In this document: positions 40,458 to 51,645 of the stretch, piece by piece
Position numbering within the stretch: the first letter of the stretch is position 1
Layout of the letters: the number at the start of each line of letters is the position of its first letter
Assembly: GCA_963746535.1 (NCBI GenBank)
Contig: CAVVBP010000007.1
Span: forward strand, 684,149-748,148
From: Vicinamibacterales bacterium
Lineage (GTDB): Bacteria; Acidobacteriota; Vicinamibacteria; Vicinamibacterales; JAMQPK01
Direction: 5' to 3'
Length of the DNA stretch: 64,000 nucleotides
The notes under the pieces: generated by a model
Databases searched by the model: none
What the model was told of the DNA's origin: nothing
What the model saw: the letters and a program-made list of their open reading frames with translations, nothing else
Translations under genes and position numbers: made by a program

Positions 40458-43400
40458 GAAACTGAACTCGTGACGGAACTCGTACGAGTGGCTCCCGTCA
40501 TCCTGCGTCGCACCACGCACTTCCACGCTCTGAATCGGACGATAGATGGCAATCCAGGTGATGTCGCCGGTCCCGCTGAGGGCTTGCGAAAAAAGGACCT
40601 CGACATTGCGGCTCAAGTTCTTCCCGACCGTGAGACGCGCGCTGGGATCGGTGTCGGTGGCCAGCAGATCGAAATCCGACGCCGCGGCGCCGAGGCCCTG
40701 GCTCAGCTGCACGGTGTCGAGGCCCACCGCCCGCCCGGCGAACCCCAGCAGCTCGCCCGAGAGCAGCATCAGCAGCTGGCCGCGTGCGATGTCGGTGTTG
40801 GCGATGGCCGTGCTGTCGGCGCGTTGGCCGGTCAGGAGCAGCGAGACGAGCTCGGCCTGACTCACGCCCGGGCTTCGCAGGTTCGCGCTGAGCGTTTCGG
40901 GCGTGCCGCTCACTTCGAGCGTGACGTCGTAACGCTGCACGCGTGTCTGCAGAGCGAGATCGACGGTCGGCTCGAACTTTCTTGCGTTTGTGAAATTGAC
41001 CGTCCCCCGGACGACGTCGTAGGTACGGCCGCTGAGGAACACATCGCCGCCTTCCTCTATGGCGACGCGCCCTGTGGGCACCGGCTCGTTGAGCGTGCCG
41101 ACGATGCGGAGGTTGGCCGACATGTCGAGCCGGGCGTAATTGTTGTCGACCACGACCCCTTCTGCCGTCTTGACGTCGACATTGAGCAGGACGCGGTTGA
41201 ACCAATCAGGCCCGGCCTCAGCGGTGGGGACGGTGGCCTGTGTATTCGTGGTGAGCAGCTGGGCCGTGAGGCTCACGGGCTTGCGGTACGAGCCGCGAAG
41301 CACGGTCACGCTTCCCGTGAGCGTCGGACTCGTGTCCGATACGTTGAGCTGCAGATCGGCGTCGATTTCGCTGCGGAGATTGTCCGGCACTTCGAGTGCG
41401 AGACCGCGTGCCGTGATCGCGATCGATCCGCCGGAGAGGGTGAAATTCGGATATTGGATTCCACCGGCAATCCGGAGCGTACCGCCGTTCGCGTTCGCCG
41501 TGATCTCGCCGAGCCGCAGCCCGTCGCGCGCAAACGTCAACGTGCCTTGCAGGTCGCTCACGGCGAAGCGCGGTCTTCGCAGGACGAGGCCGCCGTTTTC
41601 GATCGTCATGCGGCCATCGACCAGCGGCTCGTCGGCGAGACCGGTCACCTTCACGTCGATCGCGGCTCGTCCGCTCGTCGCGACGTCGCGGGAGAACGCG
41701 CTCAGCATGCGCAGGTCGAGCGTGCCGTCGAGCGCGATGTCGAGCCGCGGTGAGTCGCCGGTGAGGAGCGCGCTGCCGGACACGTTGACGCGATTGCCGC
41801 CCCCTGCCCACGTCCAGTCGAGAACCTGCAGCCGGCCGTCTGCCAGTCGAAACCGGGTCGGGCGGCTCTGATTTAGCGGGATCCGCGCCAGCGAAAGCTC
41901 CGCGCGCTCGAGCGTGATCTCCGCCCCGATGTTCTCGACGTCAAGCGAGGTCGCGGTCACGGCGACGACCGCATCGACTTGACCGGTGACGTCCGCGAGT
42001 GCGCCCTCGGGAACGAACGATGACAGCACCGCCGGTGTGATCGAACCGATGCGCAGCGTGGCGCGAACGGGGTCGCGTGTCGCGGGCAACGTCGCGGCGT
42101 ACCACTTGGGAAGCTGGTTGGCGAACACTGCGGCGGGTATTCGACCCGTGCCCGTGATCCTTGCGCCCTGCCAGGTGGCGCCGAGCTCGCGAAGATCCAT
42201 GACCCCGGCGGCATAGGAGGCGCGCACGTTAACGTCGGTAGCGGGGAGCATGGCGTTCGAAACAAGCGTGGCCGACGCCAGCGTCAGATCGGCAGAGATG
42301 TCGGGCGACCGCGGACGTCCGGTGACCCGCATCTGCAGATCGATGGTGCCGGAGGCGTCCAGTGCGTCCGCATTCGTGACTCGAACGAGCGGGATCAGAT
42401 CGGCGATCGGCCCGGTCAGCGAAATCCGCAAGGCCTCCCCGGCGGAGGCCCCGGGTGCCAGGCGGCCGTTCGCCGCGAGGCGTACTGCACCTATCCGTAG
42501 CTCGAGATCTTCGGCGACGAGCGTATCGCGCGAGTAACGCAGGCGTGCCGGGCGTGCTCGCACCGAGGCGCCGTTCACGGTCGCATCGATCGCCTGGAGG
42601 TCAACCTGGGCACTGGCGTCCTCTAACGCATCGAGCCGGCCGGAAGCCTGGAGCCGCAGCCTGATCGTCCCGTCCAGCGACGCGATCGACGGATGTTTCA
42701 GATCTCGGGCGAGTCTCCCAAGGGCCATGCCGTCGACCACGACATCGGCTGTAAACGTGCGCGGCTCGGCACCGGCGATGCGGGCACGGCCGAACGCATT
42801 CAGCTCCGGCGCGTCAGCGGTCAGCTCGAGCAGACGTCCGACACCCTGGACCTCGATCCTCGCAGGTCCCACATCGAATCCCTCATACGTGAGGCGGGAG
42901 AATTGCACGAACCCGTCGACCTCCGGCACCGCAAACGTTCCCGTGCTGGCTAATTCGAGATCGAACCGCGCATCGACGGGGAGCGCGTCGTTCGAAGCCT
43001 CAAGCGTCAGATTGGTCCCTTTGAAGCCGGCTGAAAATCGTCCAGTCGAGAGCGCGTACGTGCCGGTCGCGTCCAGGGTGCCTTCCCGTTGATTCAGCGT
43101 GAGGCGATCGACGATGACGCTGCGATTGGCAAGGTGCAGTGTCGATCGCAGCCGCTGCACAGTCTGCCCGGCGATCTGCAATCCGTCCGACGCGACCTCA
43201 GCGGCGACAGACGGGTTGTCGAGTGTTCCCGCGATGCGCGCCTCGATGGTTGCGGATCCGGACGGTCGCCATTCTTCAGGAAGGTCGCCGGTAAGCAGGT
43301 CCAGTTGAGGCCACTCGCCGGTCAACTCGCCACGAAGGGCGCGGGTTTGGAGATCGATCGAGGCCCGGCCGGCCAGCGTGTTGGCACCGAGCGTCGCCTG

Positions 43401-45014
43401 CAGCGCATCGAAATCGATGCGGTTGGACGAGGCAGAATACCGGCTCGTGACGGCACCAGGTCCCGTGTTGTTGGAACGGAGATCGGCGAGCTCGATCGTG
43501 CCGGTTGCGGTTGGGGCACCGATCGTGCCCGCGAGCTCACCGGCGATCGTCGCGCGCCCGACAAGGTCCGACAGGATATCGGAATCGCCCGCGAGTCCGG
43601 CCTTGCGCGCGAGCGCGACGGCATCGGCAAGATCGCTGATGTGGAGATCGGCCTGTCCGCTCAAGGTCGAGGATGCCGGCGTCTCTACATTGATCCGGCC
43701 CTGCGAATGTCCCGTCATCTCTGCCGCGTCGCCGATCCGGTGCGCGTGTGAGAGCTGCCACAGGCCTTCGTCGAGCGTCAGCGTGGCGCTGCCCGACAGG
43801 GGAACGTCGCCACGCGAAGATGGCGTCGCGGCCAGGTTGTTCTCGATCGTGCCGCGTGAGGTGAGGAACGCGCGTCCCGTCCAGCTCAACGCGGCCGATC
43901 CGTCCGCAACGGACGCGAAGCGCGGGACAGATGCGGCGTCGACGAAAGCAGCGACGATCGTCGAAAGCTGAAGACTCTGCCAGCTGAGCGTGGCACTGCC
44001 GATCGCGCGTTCGTCAAAGGGCACGCGCGCACTGCCGGCCAGCTCGCCGCCGGCAGCCGTCACCCGAAGCGACTCGATCGCGGCTCCCGAACCGGTGAGG
44101 ACCGTGCGAGCTCTCACAGAGAGCGCGCCAACGTTCGGCCAGTTGAGACGATCGCCGGCAGCGTCGATCGTCGTCGACATCGTATCGAGCCGGCCCGCGG
44201 CCGTGCCCGAAAACGAAACCAGTCCGGTTGGCGCACGGTCGAACCCGATCCACGGCGTGACGCGGGCCAGATCGAGGTGCCCTGCATATTGCAGCGCGGC
44301 CAGATCGAACCCGGGCAGCAATGTCAGCCGTCCGCCAATTTCGGCTCGACCCTCCGGGGCATCGAGCACGATGTTTTCGAGCGCGAGCGCCTGGCCATCG
44401 AAGGCGAGTCGTCCACCACGCGTCGAGAGACGGGTTTGCCGCTCGTCAACAGTGACCGACACGCTCGTCAGAGGCATCGGTCCATTCAGGCGCCCATCGA
44501 TTGTCTGCTCGAGCGCGATGCCGATGTCGCTCGCCGTCACCAGCACCGCGGCCGACGGATCGTCGTAGCGAACGCGAAGACCTCGAACGATCAATCTCCT
44601 GATGTCGAGCGGACCCGAAAACGATTCTGTGGTCGTCGCTGAACCCCGGGGGAGATTGAGCTGCCCGTCTGCTTCGCGCACGATGACGAGGCTGGGATTC
44701 TCGACTTCGAGCGATTCGACGGCGATCGGCCCGCGCACGATCGTCCACGGAAGGTTCAGCCGCAACTCTTCCGCCGAGAAGAACGGTGTCCTGGATCCGT
44801 CGGCGGTGAGCGTGACGCCGCCGGCGCTGACGCTGAGCGTGAGCAGGTTGTAGTCGAGGCGCGAGATGGTGGCTCGAATACCCGAGGAGGAAGAGATCCT
44901 GGCGACGGCCCACGATCGCACGGCCGAACGCGCGGGAGGCGAGTGGATGGCAATCGCAAAGAGAACCGCAAGCGCCGTGAAGGCCGCACCCAGGAGGATC
45001 CGCCGCGTCATCAT
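40458..45014 (-). CDS. tamB: TamB-like translocation and assembly module protein (AsmA-like superfamily), no stop codon before the Omp85 part
   Basis: The start is ATGATG at 45009..45014. It has an N-terminal signal-anchor (RRILLGAAFTALAVLFAIAI) and a ~1500-aa repetitive beta-rich body. The C-terminal DUF490-type ending is ...IYRPIQSVEVRGATQDDGSHSYEFRHEFSF, with the last Phe codon at 40458..40460. Confidence 0.8.
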
Positions 45015-45203
45015 GCGCGTCGTCCCGTTGTACTCGCGGTACCGTTGTGCATCCGTGCGTAGTACCCCATGCCACCGGATCCAATAACCCGAACCCAGAA
45101 CCGCAGCACCCAGAACCAGGAACCGCCAGGTGATCCCTGTGGTAGTCTAAGCCAATTCAATCGATTTCCCGTGATTCCCAGGGGATTCCGGAGGGGTTTC
45201 AGA

Positions 45204-47606
45204 ATGAGGACCTCATCGCTTCTGGCCTTCGCCATGTGGCTGGTTACCCTTGCGTCGCCTGCACTGGCACAGGCGCCAGCTGCCGATCGCCGCATCGAAG
45301 TGACGGTGCTCGACTCGCAAGGCTTGCCCATCTACGGCGCGCAGGTGACGGCCACGCTGCCGGTCGGCAATCTCAGCCGCACCGGTGCGAGCTCGAGTGA
45401 ACGCTTCACGATGGAAGGGTTGGCTCCAGGTGTGTACACCGTGCGCATCTCGGCGAGCGGGTTCCAGATGCAGACGCAGACCGTCGATCTCACGGCGCAG
45501 TCGTCGCAGACGGTGGAAGTGCGGCTCAATCCTGCCGGTGTCACCGAACAGCTCGTTGTCACGCCGGGCCGGATCGAGCAGCGCATTGCCGACGTGCCGG
45601 CCAGCATCAACGTCGTCACCAACGAACAGATTGCACAGTCACCGGCTGTCGTGGCGGACGATGTGCTGAGGCAGGTGCCGACGTTCAGTCTTTTCCGGCG
45701 GACGAGCAGCATCGTGGCGAATCCGACGGCGCAGGGCGTGTCGCTGCGCGGTATCGGGCCGAGCGGCGTCAGCCGCACGCTCGTACTGCTCGACGATATC
45801 CCGTTCAACGATCCGTTCGGCGGGTGGGTGTACTGGACGCGCGTGCCGATGATGAACTCGGAGCGCATCGAGGTGATCGACGGCGCGACATCGAGCCTCT
45901 ACGGCAACTACGCGATGGGCGGCGTCATCAACATCGTGAGCAACCGCTCGACGCCGGGCACGCTGGTCTTCAAGCCGCAGTACGGCAACCTGCAGACGCC
46001 CAAGATGGATTTGTTCGCCAGCCACGTGTGGTCCAGGCTGGGCCTGATGTTCGACGCCACGACGCTTCAAACCGACGGGTACAAGACCGTGGCGGAAGAA
46101 GAGCGCGGCACGATCGATAACGAAGCCAACGTCAAATACAACAGCTTCAGCACGAAGCTCGATTACAACCCGACCGATCGCGTCAACCTGTTCATGCGCG
46201 TCGGTGTGTTCGATGAAGAGCGGAACAACGGCAAGATCGGCGAGGTAAACGACACGAACTGGAAGTACGGCAGCGGCGGTGCGCGGTTGCGCTTCTCCGA
46301 AGGCAGCACCGTTGAAGCCCGGTTGTTCTACGATCACGTGGACTTCTTCCAGAACACGTTCGCGGTGCCCGCGGCGACGCCACCGCGCAGCCAGAGCAAC
46401 CTCTCGCTCGAGAAGACGGTGCCGACCCACGCCGTTGGCAGCATGGTGCAGTGGTCGCGGCCCTACCAGCTCGGCTCTCGTACGCACGTCGTCTCGGCCG
46501 GGACCGATTTCCGGTGGATCGACGGCGACAGCGACGAGCTGACGTACGTGGCGCCCACGGGGACGCCGCCTGTCGTTCACCGTGTGGCCGGCGGCACGCA
46601 GCGGTTCTTCGGATTCTTCGCCCAGGATCTGATCGAGGTGATGCCGAAGCTGCAGCTGACGCTGAGTGCCCGCGTGGATAACTGGAGCAATTACGACGCA
46701 CACAATCTCGAGACGACGATCGCGACCGGTAACCCGACGGCGAACAACAACCCCAACCTGCCGGAGAAGTCGGACACGGCGGTGAGCCCGCGTGTGGCTG
46801 CGCTCTATCGCGCGACCGACCGCTTCTCCGTGTGGGGCAGCTTCAGCAAGGGCTTTCGCGCGCCGACGCTGAAAGAGCTCTACAGCCCGTTCCGCGTGGG
46901 GCAGGTCCAGACGCTCGCCAACGCGACGCTCGGACCCGAGCGGCTGACCGGCGAGGAAGTGGGAGCCACCGTGGCGGCGACCGACCGCGTGACCCTTCGC
47001 GGGACGTTTTTCAACAACCGTGTGAACAATCCGGTTGCCAACGTGACGGTCGCCCAGAACAACGTGCCTCCCACTCCGGGGTGTGCGGGCGCGCCCATCT
47101 GCCGTCAGCTTCAAAACCTCGGGAGCACGAACATCGCCGGATTCCAGACCGATGTGTCGTACCGCCTCAACGGTCAGTTCGCCGTGTCGGCCGCGTACGT
47201 GTTCGAAATCGCGAAAGTCCACGAGTCGAAGGTGGACGCGGCCGGCACCGATCTGACGGGCAAGTATCTCGCGCAGGTGCCGAAGAATCGCGTCTCGCTC
47301 GGGTTCAACTACATGAATCCGCGGTTCTTGAACGTGGCCATCGAGAACCAGTTCGTCGGCCACCAGTACGACGACGACCTCAACACCGCGGCGATCTTCC
47401 CGACGATCCCGGAGAAGCGCGAAGTGGGGCTGCCGAAGTACAACGTGTTCAACTTCACCCTGTCGCGCACCATCAACCGCACCGTCGATCTGTTCTTCGG
47501 CGTACAGAATCTGTTCGACGTCACCTACTACGTGGGCACCAACCCGACGACCATCGGCACACCGAGGTTGGTGAATGGCGGGATTCGGCTGAAGGTTGGC
47601 AGGTAG
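45204..47606 (+). CDS. TonB-dependent receptor with N-terminal carboxypeptidase-regulatory-like domain
   Basis: In-frame ATG 45204 in track ORF 45069..47606. It has a signal peptide (MRTSSLLAFAMWLVTLASPALAQA). An Ig-like domain is present (IEVTVLDSQGLPIYGAQVTA...GVYTVRISASGFQ). The plug region contains RIEVIDGATSSLYGNYAMGGVINIV. A long beta-barrel follows. Confidence 0.85.
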   Translation: MRTSSLLAFAMWLVTLASPALAQAPAADRRIEVTVLDSQGLPIYGAQVTATLPVGNLSRTGASSSERFTMEGLAPGVYTVRISASGFQMQTQTVDLTAQSSQTVEVRLNPAGVTEQLVVTPGRIEQRIADVPASINVVTNEQIAQSPAVVADDVLRQVPTFSLFRRTSSIVANPTAQGVSLRGIGPSGVSRTLVLLDDIPFNDPFGGWVYWTRVPMMNSERIEVIDGATSSLYGNYAMGGVINIVSNRSTPGTLVFKPQYGNLQTPKMDLFASHVWSRLGLMFDATTLQTDGYKTVAEEERGTIDNEANVKYNSFSTKLDYNPTDRVNLFMRVGVFDEERNNGKIGEVNDTNWKYGSGGARLRFSEGSTVEARLFYDHVDFFQNTFAVPAATPPRSQSNLSLEKTVPTHAVGSMVQWSRPYQLGSRTHVVSAGTDFRWIDGDSDELTYVAPTGTPPVVHRVAGGTQRFFGFFAQDLIEVMPKLQLTLSARVDNWSNYDAHNLETTIATGNPTANNNPNLPEKSDTAVSPRVAALYRATDRFSVWGSFSKGFRAPTLKELYSPFRVGQVQTLANATLGPERLTGEEVGATVAATDRVTLRGTFFNNRVNNPVANVTVAQNNVPPTPGCAGAPICRQLQNLGSTNIAGFQTDVSYRLNGQFAVSAAYVFEIAKVHESKVDAAGTDLTGKYLAQVPKNRVSLGFNYMNPRFLNVAIENQFVGHQYDDDLNTAAIFPTIPEKREVGLPKYNVFNFTLSRTINRTVDLFFGVQNLFDVTYYVGTNPTTIGTPRLVNGGIRLKVGR

Positions 47607-47614
47607 GTCGATCG

Positions 47615-47685
47615 GACGCAGAGGCGCCGAGGCGCAGAGAATTCTTAATAAAAAATCAGACTCTGCGTCTTTGCGGCTCTGCGTC
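47615..47685. repeat. Imperfect hairpin of the GACGCAGAG family between convergent genes
   Basis: The left arm 47615..47640 (gacgcagaggcgccgaggcgcagaga) matches the reverse complement of 47659..47685 at about 21 of 26 positions. It is homologous to 4705..4777. Confidence 0.8.
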
Positions 47686-47693
47686 GGGACAGG

Positions 47694-48701
47694 CTATGAA
47701 CTGACGATTGCTTCGGGGCGTCCCGTGGCCACGGCCTTGCGAATTCCCCTCACACGATTCCCGATCTTGAACGACGTGTCGAAGATCTTCCCGACGCGAA
47801 TGCCGCCGGGTAGCGTGTGGCGCGCGACAGCGGCCAGCCCGGCCGAGGCGATGCAGCCGCAGTTGGCGCAGTCCGGGTTCCCGCCGAACTGGCACGGGGT
47901 GATGGGTTTCTCGAAATTCGCCGACACGCACGCCGTGGTCATCGCGAAGATGCATTCGTCGGGCGAATGCGGAGGCCGCGCGTAGCACGTCGATCGAGCC
48001 CTTTCGGCATCCGCACCTTGGGGTAGCGCGATCGCAGGCTCATCAGTTCGGCGACCACGCGCTCGCGATCGGCCTTCGTAAGCCGTTCGGCCGAAATCTC
48101 ACCGACCTGTGGCGTGTAGAGGCTGAACCACAACTGCGAAACCGCTTCTTTTCGACGACCAGAATTTCGCGAACTCTTCGAGGTAGCCGTCGCGCCGCAC
48201 CTGCTGGCGCGTGACCGTGCAATGGACGGTAATGTCGTGCCCCTCGATGTGCTTCAGGATGCGCTCGTAGGTGGCGGGCTTGCGGCGCTCGTCGTGCTCG
48301 GGCTGCAGACCGTCGATCGAGACGACCAGCTGCAGGCGAGGGAGACCGGCCCACTCGAGAGGAATCTGGCGCACCGCGCTCGTGACGAGCTGCGTGTACA
48401 GGCCCATCCCGGCCATGCGCGGAAGAATCTCGTTCAGCTCGCGGTAGCGCACCAGCGGCTCGCCGCCGACGATCGACACGTGCAGCGGTTTGTACTTCGC
48501 GATCAGGGCAAACATTGCGTCCACGAGCTCCTGCCCCTTGAAGTCCTGCAGCTCGCGCAGCCTGACGTCGCCGCCCAGATGGTCGTCGCCGTATGCATAG
48601 CAGCCGGGACATGTCAGTGGACACTCCCGTGTAATCTCAATTGAGAGGTTGGGCTGGTAGCCCGTCAGAATCCTGCCCCACGCCCGGATGATGCCTTCCA
48701 T
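47694..48701 (-). pseudogene. Radical SAM protein with Cys-rich SPASM-like C-terminus, two frame changes
   Basis: Track ORF 48099..48701 contains the CX3CX2C cluster (ITRECPLTCPGCYAYG). It continues in 47939..48133 (LWFSLYTPQVGEISAERL...) and 47694..47942 (TPCQFGGNPDCANCGCIASAG). Confidence 0.7.
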
Positions 48702-48837
48702 GCCGCTCCTTACCGCCTGTCAGTCCATTGGCGGTTTTCACACTGTACCCCAGAATGTTCGCGCCACGTCAGCCGTTTGCACCCAACTGTCCGCAAACCC
48801 GCGAAGGTTGGCATAATGACGTTCTGAACGGGAGCCC

Positions 48838-49230
48838 ATGATCACACGCCGCCGCTCGAAGTTACATGGTTGGGGAGTCTTTGCCACCCGAACGATCACA
48901 AAAAATACCCGGATTATCGACTACGCGGGCGAGAAGATCTCTCATGAGGAGAGCCTCAGACGCGAGAACCGGTACATGAAGAGGGGCGCCATCTGGTGCT
49001 TTCAAATCAACCGGCGCTGGGTGCGCGATGCCGCGGTGGACGGCAACATGGCGCGCTTCATCAATCATTCGTGCAAAGGCAACTGCTACGTCCACATCGT
49101 CGGCGACATCATCTGGATCCGCGCGTCCCGCACCATCAGGAGAGGCGAAGAGCTGACCTACGACTACATGACCGACGGGGAAGGGCAGATCAAATGCAGA
49201 TGCAGGCCCGGTTGCCAGCGGCTGCTGTAG
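48838..49230 (+). CDS. SET-domain protein (putative lysine methyltransferase) with post-SET-like Cys cluster
   Basis: 130 aa. It contains HGWGVFATRTITKNTRIIDYAGEKIS, ARFINHSCKGNC, GEELTYDY and the C-terminal CRCRPGC. Confidence 0.8.
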   Translation: MITRRRSKLHGWGVFATRTITKNTRIIDYAGEKISHEESLRRENRYMKRGAIWCFQINRRWVRDAAVDGNMARFINHSCKGNCYVHIVGDIIWIRASRTIRRGEELTYDYMTDGEGQIKCRCRPGCQRLL

Positions 49231-49233
49231 CCC

Positions 49234-49884
49234 ATGCACATCTTTTATCTCCACGGCTTCGCTTCGTCGCCCGGTTCGTCGAAAGCCACGTATTTTTCCG
49301 GCCGGCTGGCGGCGCGCGGCATCAGGATGGAGTGCCCCGATCTGAACCAGCCCGATTTTTCCACGCTCACCGTGTCGCGGATGCTGCAGCAGGTCGAAGA
49401 GCGAATCGGGGCGCTGCCGCCGGGCGGCGTCGCGTTGATCGGGTCGAGCCTCGGCGGATTCGTGGCGGTCGAAGCGGCGGCACGTCAGGCCAACCGCGAG
49501 CGGCATCCCATCACGCAGCTCATCCTGCTCGCACCCGCTGTCGATCTGGAATGGGAAAAGTGGAGCGAGCTGGGATCGGCCGGGGTCGAGGGCTGGCGCA
49601 GGGCGGGATCGGTCAACGTCTTTCACTACGCCTTCAACGAAGATCGGCCACTCGCGTTCGGGTTCTACGAAGACGCCAATCGCTATCGCGTGTCCGCGCA
49701 GCGTCTTTCGCAGCCGATGCTCATCTTTCAGGGGCGGCAGGACGAATCGGTGAGCCCGGCGGTGGTCGAACGCTTTGCCGCCGTGCAGCCGCGCGCCACG
49801 CTGTACCTGCTCGACGATGGGCATCAATTGAAGGACAGCCTCCCGTTCATATGGGAAAAGACCGCTGCCGCCCTGGGCCTATAA
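49234..49884 (+). CDS. YqiA/YcfP-like alpha/beta-fold esterase
   Basis: 216 aa. It contains MHIFYLHGFASSPGSSKA and the nucleophile context LIGSSLGGF. It starts 4 nt after the SET gene stop. Confidence 0.75.
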   Translation: MHIFYLHGFASSPGSSKATYFSGRLAARGIRMECPDLNQPDFSTLTVSRMLQQVEERIGALPPGGVALIGSSLGGFVAVEAAARQANRERHPITQLILLAPAVDLEWEKWSELGSAGVEGWRRAGSVNVFHYAFNEDRPLAFGFYEDANRYRVSAQRLSQPMLIFQGRQDESVSPAVVERFAAVQPRATLYLLDDGHQLKDSLPFIWEKTAAALGL

Positions 49885-49904
49885 TCAACATGTAGGAGCG
49901 CCCC

Positions 49905-50864
49905 ATGCTCGTCAAAAAAGCCTCTGATATACGTTCGTCAGAAATCACGGACAAGAAGCACTATCTGGCCCGTCGCGAGTTCATCCGAGCCGCCGCGCTG
50001 ACGACCGCCGGTGCGGCCGCCGGGGCGCTGGGCGCCGGCGATGCCGAAGCGCAGTCGTGGCCGCGCGTGAAGATCGCCGGGCCGCTCAAGGAGTCCGGCT
50101 GGGGCAAGGGCGAGAAGCCGAATGCCTACGAGGACATCACGAGCTACAACAACTACTACGAGTTCGGCACCGAGAAGGACGAGCCCGCGAGAAACGCACA
50201 CTCGCTGAAGACCAAGCCGTGGACGGTGAAGATCGACGGTCTGGTCAACAAGCCGGCCGACTATCAGCTCGAAGACATCCTGAAGCCCGAGACGCTCGAG
50301 GACCGCATCTACCGGCTTCGGTGCGTCGAGCGGTGGTCGATGGTGATTCCGTGGGTCGGTTTTCCGCTGGCGAATTTGCTGAAGCGCGTCGAGCCGAAAT
50401 CGAACGCGAAGTTCGTCGAGTTTACGACGCTCCTCAATCAGACGCAGATGCCGGAGACCCGGCGCGGCGTGCTCGACTGGCCGTACCTCGAAGGGCTGCG
50501 CCTCGACGAGGCCATGAACCCGCTCACGATTCTCGCGGTGGGCCTGTACGGTGAATATCTTCCCAACCAGAACGGCGCGCCGATCCGCCTGGTCGTGCCC
50601 TGGAAGTATGGCTTCAAGAGCATCAAGTCGATCGTGCGCATCCGCCTCACCGAGAACCAGCCGATGAACAGCTGGCAGTTGAGCGCGCCCAACGAGTACG
50701 GGTTCTATTCCAACGTGAACCCCGAGCGCGATCACCCGCGCTGGTCGCAGGCGCGCGAGCGCCGCATCGGCGAGTTCCTGATGCGGCCGACGGTGATCTT
50801 CAACGGCTACGGCGAACAGGTAGCGTCGCTGTACAGCGGAATGGACCTGAAGAGATACTATTGA
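49905..50864 (+). CDS. msrP: Protein-methionine-sulfoxide reductase catalytic subunit MsrP (YedY)
   Basis: 319 aa. It has a Tat-type signal ([21 protein letters not shown]). It also contains [28 protein letters not shown] and [19 protein letters not shown]. Confidence 0.9.
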   Translation: MLVKKASDIRSSEITDKKHYLARREFIRAAALTTAGAAAGALGAGDAEAQSWPRVKIAGPLKESGWGKGEKPNAYEDITSYNNYYEFGTEKDEPARNAHSLKTKPWTVKIDGLVNKPADYQLEDILKPETLEDRIYRLRCVERWSMVIPWVGFPLANLLKRVEPKSNAKFVEFTTLLNQTQMPETRRGVLDWPYLEGLRLDEAMNPLTILAVGLYGEYLPNQNGAPIRLVVPWKYGFKSIKSIVRIRLTENQPMNSWQLSAPNEYGFYSNVNPERDHPRWSQARERRIGEFLMRPTVIFNGYGEQVASLYSGMDLKRYY

Positions 50865-51508
50865 AGCCCCTCGTCTTTGCCGCCGCGCTGGTTCCATTTG
50901 CACTGCTCATCTGGCGCGGCTTCACTGGCAACCTCAGCGCCGATCCGCTCGCCGAGATCACCAACGAGACCGGCATCTGGACGCTGCGGTTCGTCGCCGT
51001 CACGCTGGCCATCACCCCGCTCCGGCGTGTCACCGGCTGGAATCCGATCATCCGGTACCGCCGCATGCTGGGGCTCTTCGCGTTCTTCTACGGCACGCTC
51101 CACTTCCTGACCTACGTCGTCGCCGATCGCTTTGCCAGCCTCGATTTTCCCGACGGCTTCGTGGCCTGGAGCACGGTCGTGAATCTGCTGGCGGCGATCT
51201 GGGAAGATGTCGCCAAGCGCCCCTACATCACGGTCGGCTTCATCGCGTTCGTCTCGATGGTTCCTCTGGCGCTGACGTCGACCGCCGGCTGGATTCGCCG
51301 CCTCGGCGGCCGCAACTGGCAGCGTCTGCACCGCCTCATCTATCTGACCGGCATCGCCGCGGTGACCCACTACTGGTGGAAGGTAAAAGCGGATACACTG
51401 CACCCCGCCATCTACGCGGCGATCGTCGCCGTCCTGCTCGGGTTCCGGGTCGTGCTGGCAATCAAGCGCTCGCGATGGCAGCGCCAGCCGGTGCAGGCTA
51501 GCGCGTGA
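50861..51508 (+). CDS. msrQ: Heme-binding membrane subunit MsrQ (YedZ)
   Basis: 215 aa. It overlaps msrP by 4 nt. It contains [36 protein letters not shown] and AVTHYWW. Confidence 0.85.
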   Translation: MKPLVFAAALVPFALLIWRGFTGNLSADPLAEITNETGIWTLRFVAVTLAITPLRRVTGWNPIIRYRRMLGLFAFFYGTLHFLTYVVADRFASLDFPDGFVAWSTVVNLLAAIWEDVAKRPYITVGFIAFVSMVPLALTSTAGWIRRLGGRNWQRLHRLIYLTGIAAVTHYWWKVKADTLHPAIYAAIVAVLLGFRVVLAIKRSRWQRQPVQASA

Positions 51509-51613
51509 ACCGGCTGGGGTTCTGGGTTCCTATTCCGGGTTCCGGGTTCGTGCTGGCCGAGGGACTCAGTACGCCATCTCTCATTTCTGGTAGGGCTCAG
51601 CTGTACTGGTAGG

Positions 51614-51631
51614 GCTCAGCTTTAGCTGAGC
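51614..51631. repeat. REP-like hairpin variant (GCTCAGC-TTTA-GCTGAGC)
   Basis: Perfect 7-bp stem preceded by GGTAGG. A half-copy (ggtagggctcagc) lies 22 nt upstream. The tract 51518..51560 carries GGGTTC(C/T)G short repeats. Confidence 0.75.
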
Positions 51632-51645
51632 GCCCCGTAGACGTC

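Noticed and set aside
39684-41753. 689-aa plus-strand ORF antisense to the TamB/Omp85 region, and similar shadows at 45639..47363, 49938..50903, 51652..53316, 20302..21867 and 22113..23390
   Set aside because: All lie opposite confidently assigned genes and have the biased Arg/Gly/Asp composition of GC-rich non-coding frames.
45015-45203. Cobalamin or other riboswitch upstream of the TonB receptors (also 59130..59486) and of metH (16791..16826)
   Set aside because: I saw no B12-box-like or other riboswitch core. The metH spacer is only 36 nt and is filled by a REP hairpin. A cmsearch would be needed for certainty.
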